Positions 15,322 to 17,310 of a stretch of 17,310 nucleotides of DNA are shown one piece after another (positions within the stretch are counted from its first letter, which is position 1; every line of letters starts with the position of its first letter). Origin of the DNA: an uncultured Chlamydiae bacterium (lineage in GTDB: Bacteria; Chlamydiota; Chlamydiia; Chlamydiales; Parachlamydiaceae); NCBI GenBank assembly GCA_963830365.1, contig CAWHMU010000029.1, forward strand, positions 1-17,310, read 5' to 3'. The notes below the pieces were generated by a model. The model made no database searches and was not told the origin of the DNA. It worked only from the letters and a program-made list of their open reading frames with translations. The position numbers were made by a program, and so were the translations under genes.

Positions 15322-16589
15322 CTGATAATTGTAAATTTCCTGCCATCCTTCGTGGCAGAGGGGTAGTAGCTTTCGCCGAGTTCGTCCAGGGACTGCTTGA
15401 CGGCAGCTTGAATTTTTTCATCGAGCTTCCCTTGGAATTGCGTGAAGTAATGGCGCCGCATAGATGAGTTTTCTTTTTCTGTATCAACAGGTACAAGAGA
15501 ATAAGCATCCTGGGAGAGCATTAAAGGGAAATGTGCTTTCTGTACTTCCTGGGGCTGCTTAGGATTAAACTGCACCACACTTCCCAGCAGAAACCCAAAT
15601 TGTGTGACCGGGTCCTGGCTGGGAAGCAGCGCGCAGAGGTTAGGTTTTTGTTCTGCCGGGATATTATGCCACTGTTGCAGGAGATCCTTATTTACACCGG
15701 GGGAGTTGAAAATCATCGAAGGCTCATGGCTCTTCTGGCTGATGAAGGCATTTTCATTGATGGCTGTATATTGTGCAAAGGCGCCGCCTTGGCTGTATCC
15801 AAACACCCGCGCTTTCTGGGAGGCAGACGTCACACTTTGCAGCCATTGGTGAATGGCATCTTTGGCATTAAGGAAAAATGAGAAGCCTGCACCTTTCGGA
15901 TCAAAATTGATGGCGACGGACATTTTGGCAGCTTCTGTTTTGACGGAAAAGTTGGTGCCTCTAAAAAGCAATAAAGGGGCAGCTTTGACACTTTCTTTGT
16001 GGCAGGAACCGAAGAATGGCAAATACTCATAGATGCTGAAGGCCGCCGCCGCATGAGGTTTAAGCCCATAGGCAGGTATCCCCAGTCCCAAGTCAAAACA
16101 CTTATCAACTTCATATGTGACCATTTCGCTCTTCCCCTCGCCATTGATCACGGGGATGGAAATCAGCTGCCCCTTATCCAGGGGGATTCTGGCGACAATT
16201 TTAGCTAATATTTCAGCGACCATCCATTGCTGAAGCTCCGCGTCTTTGATATTAGTATGAATGGCCTCAAAAATTTTAGCAGTTTTTTCAAGTACCCTGT
16301 CATGCGATGACACGATGGCATGGTATCCATTTTCGAAATTGATGATTTCATCATGTGTCATCACAATTTCTTTAGCGCTTTTATCAGGTATCAGATGGTA
16401 GGAAGCAGGGATAGAGCTGTACAGATGGTACATTGTCAGAAACGAGGTACTCTGTACTTTTTGGATCGTATGATAAATAACCGAGCCAATATCTCCCATC
16501 GACGGATGCTCCTTGGGTGGGGCACCATTAGGGCTGATAATTCCCGGATTGCAACTTGAGGAGGCAGCATTAAATAACAAATTAAACAT
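15318..16589 (-). CDS. Alpha/beta-hydrolase (lipase class 3-like) protein
   Basis: LLFRGT, GYSQGG (GxSxG nucleophile elbow), FNSPG, QDPV and a downstream His. ATG at 16589 after AAGG is preferred. Its stop codon overlaps the ade stop convergently. Confidence 0.72.
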   Translation of the reverse strand: MFNLLFNAASSSCNPGIISPNGAPPKEHPSMGDIGSVIYHTIQKVQSTSFLTMYHLYSSIPASYHLIPDKSAKEIVMTHDEIINFENGYHAIVSSHDRVLEKTAKIFEAIHTNIKDAELQQWMVAEILAKIVARIPLDKGQLISIPVINGEGKSEMVTYEVDKCFDLGLGIPAYGLKPHAAAAFSIYEYLPFFGSCHKESVKAAPLLLFRGTNFSVKTEAAKMSVAINFDPKGAGFSFFLNAKDAIHQWLQSVTSASQKARVFGYSQGGAFAQYTAINENAFISQKSHEPSMIFNSPGVNKDLLQQWHNIPAEQKPNLCALLPSQDPVTQFGFLLGSVVQFNPKQPQEVQKAHFPLMLSQDAYSLVPVDTEKENSSMRRHYFTQFQGKLDEKIQAAVKQSLDELGESYYPSATKDGRKFTIIS

Positions 16590-16917
16590 TATGTACAACC
16601 TTAATTTTATTTAGATATTTTTATGGATACATACTATATATAATTTATTAAGGAAGTATAAAGGGAATGTGTTTTTGGTATTAATTGATGTGGTATTGAA
16701 AAGCCTTTGCTCCTATAAATCAATGACCGATAACACTTGAGCCTAAAGGCAGGGCTTTTTCATTAAAGAAATTTAACACCAAAAATTCCACTCACAGCCA
16801 GCTCTAAGGCGATTTCGCCATTTTTATTCTCATATATCTAGCCTAATACATAAAAAAACAATTGACTGTATTTATCACGTATATTACAAGGTGTTTTAAA
16901 TAAATATATGGTCTAAT

Positions 16918-17310
16918 ATGTCGATGAATCTGGTAGATCTACATCTAAACTGGGGTGCATTTACCTCTAAGGGCAAGAAGTATGTCTCCTATAGCCTTGC
17001 TAGATCCATTTGGACAAACGGCTCATGCCGGAAAGAAATCGTACTTAAATTGGGTAAACTCACTAATGAGGAAGTCGTATTCTGGCGTCAGACGCTGAAA
17101 GACGCAAAAAAACGGCGCAAGGCAATTTCTCAGACAGCCCCTAATCCTTCAGGTGACTCCAGTCCTTCACTTGTCGAAGCTAATAAGTTGACAGCGAATT
17201 CTCAGGATCCCGATACTGGAGATCTTCAAATTGCTACGGGGGATTTTGAGGGCGAAAACATGTCAGTAAGAAAGAAATTCATCTACGACGAACACGATCA
17301 AAATGTCGAT
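16918..17310 (+). CDS. 5'-partial ORF; N-terminus resembles IS1634-type transposase N-terminal domains
   Basis: Hand translation is open to the window edge: MSMNLVDLHLNWGAFTSKGKKYVSYSLARSIWTNGSCRKEIVLKLGKLTNEEVVFWRQTLK... Confidence 0.5.
   Translation, partial: MSMNLVDLHLNWGAFTSKGKKYVSYSLARSIWTNGSCRKEIVLKLGKLTNEEVVFWRQTLKDAKKRRKAISQTAPNPSGDSSPSLVEANKLTANSQDPDTGDLQIATGDFEGENMSVRKKFIYDEHDQNVD

Noticed and set aside
16697..16762. Imperfect inverted repeat between the divergent lipase-like gene and the last ORF
   Set aside because: Short stem with a long loop in AT-rich DNA; no function can be supported.

Overview
The window holds a GC-richer housekeeping backbone interrupted by AT-rich, repeat-dense accessory DNA. 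The backbone is mutM plus two tandem aas-like acyltransferase/acyl-ACP synthetase paralogs on the minus strand, and a divergent glycerophosphodiester phosphodiesterase-adenine deaminase operon on the plus strand. Gene style suggests an environmental Chlamydiae (Parachlamydiaceae-like) genome; this is inference only. There is a frameshifted ISL3 transposase and ten ISL3-type terminal inverted repeat (TIR) copies. The most notable structure is nested. A 2.4-kb ISL3-ended non-autonomous element (8711-11111, perfect 8-bp target duplication AAATTTAA) carries an intact IS110-family recombinase. The IS110 appears inserted at a CTT/AAG core at the edge of a 52-bp palindromic repeat, and its ~290-nt 3' non-coding region contains matches to both the predicted donor junction and the predicted target (candidate bridge RNA). 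This sits inside a larger ISL3-ended island (8379-12811) flanked by 38-bp direct repeats, which also carries an effector-like pseudokinase. A lipase-like gene and a partial ORF with an IS1634-like N-terminus end the window.
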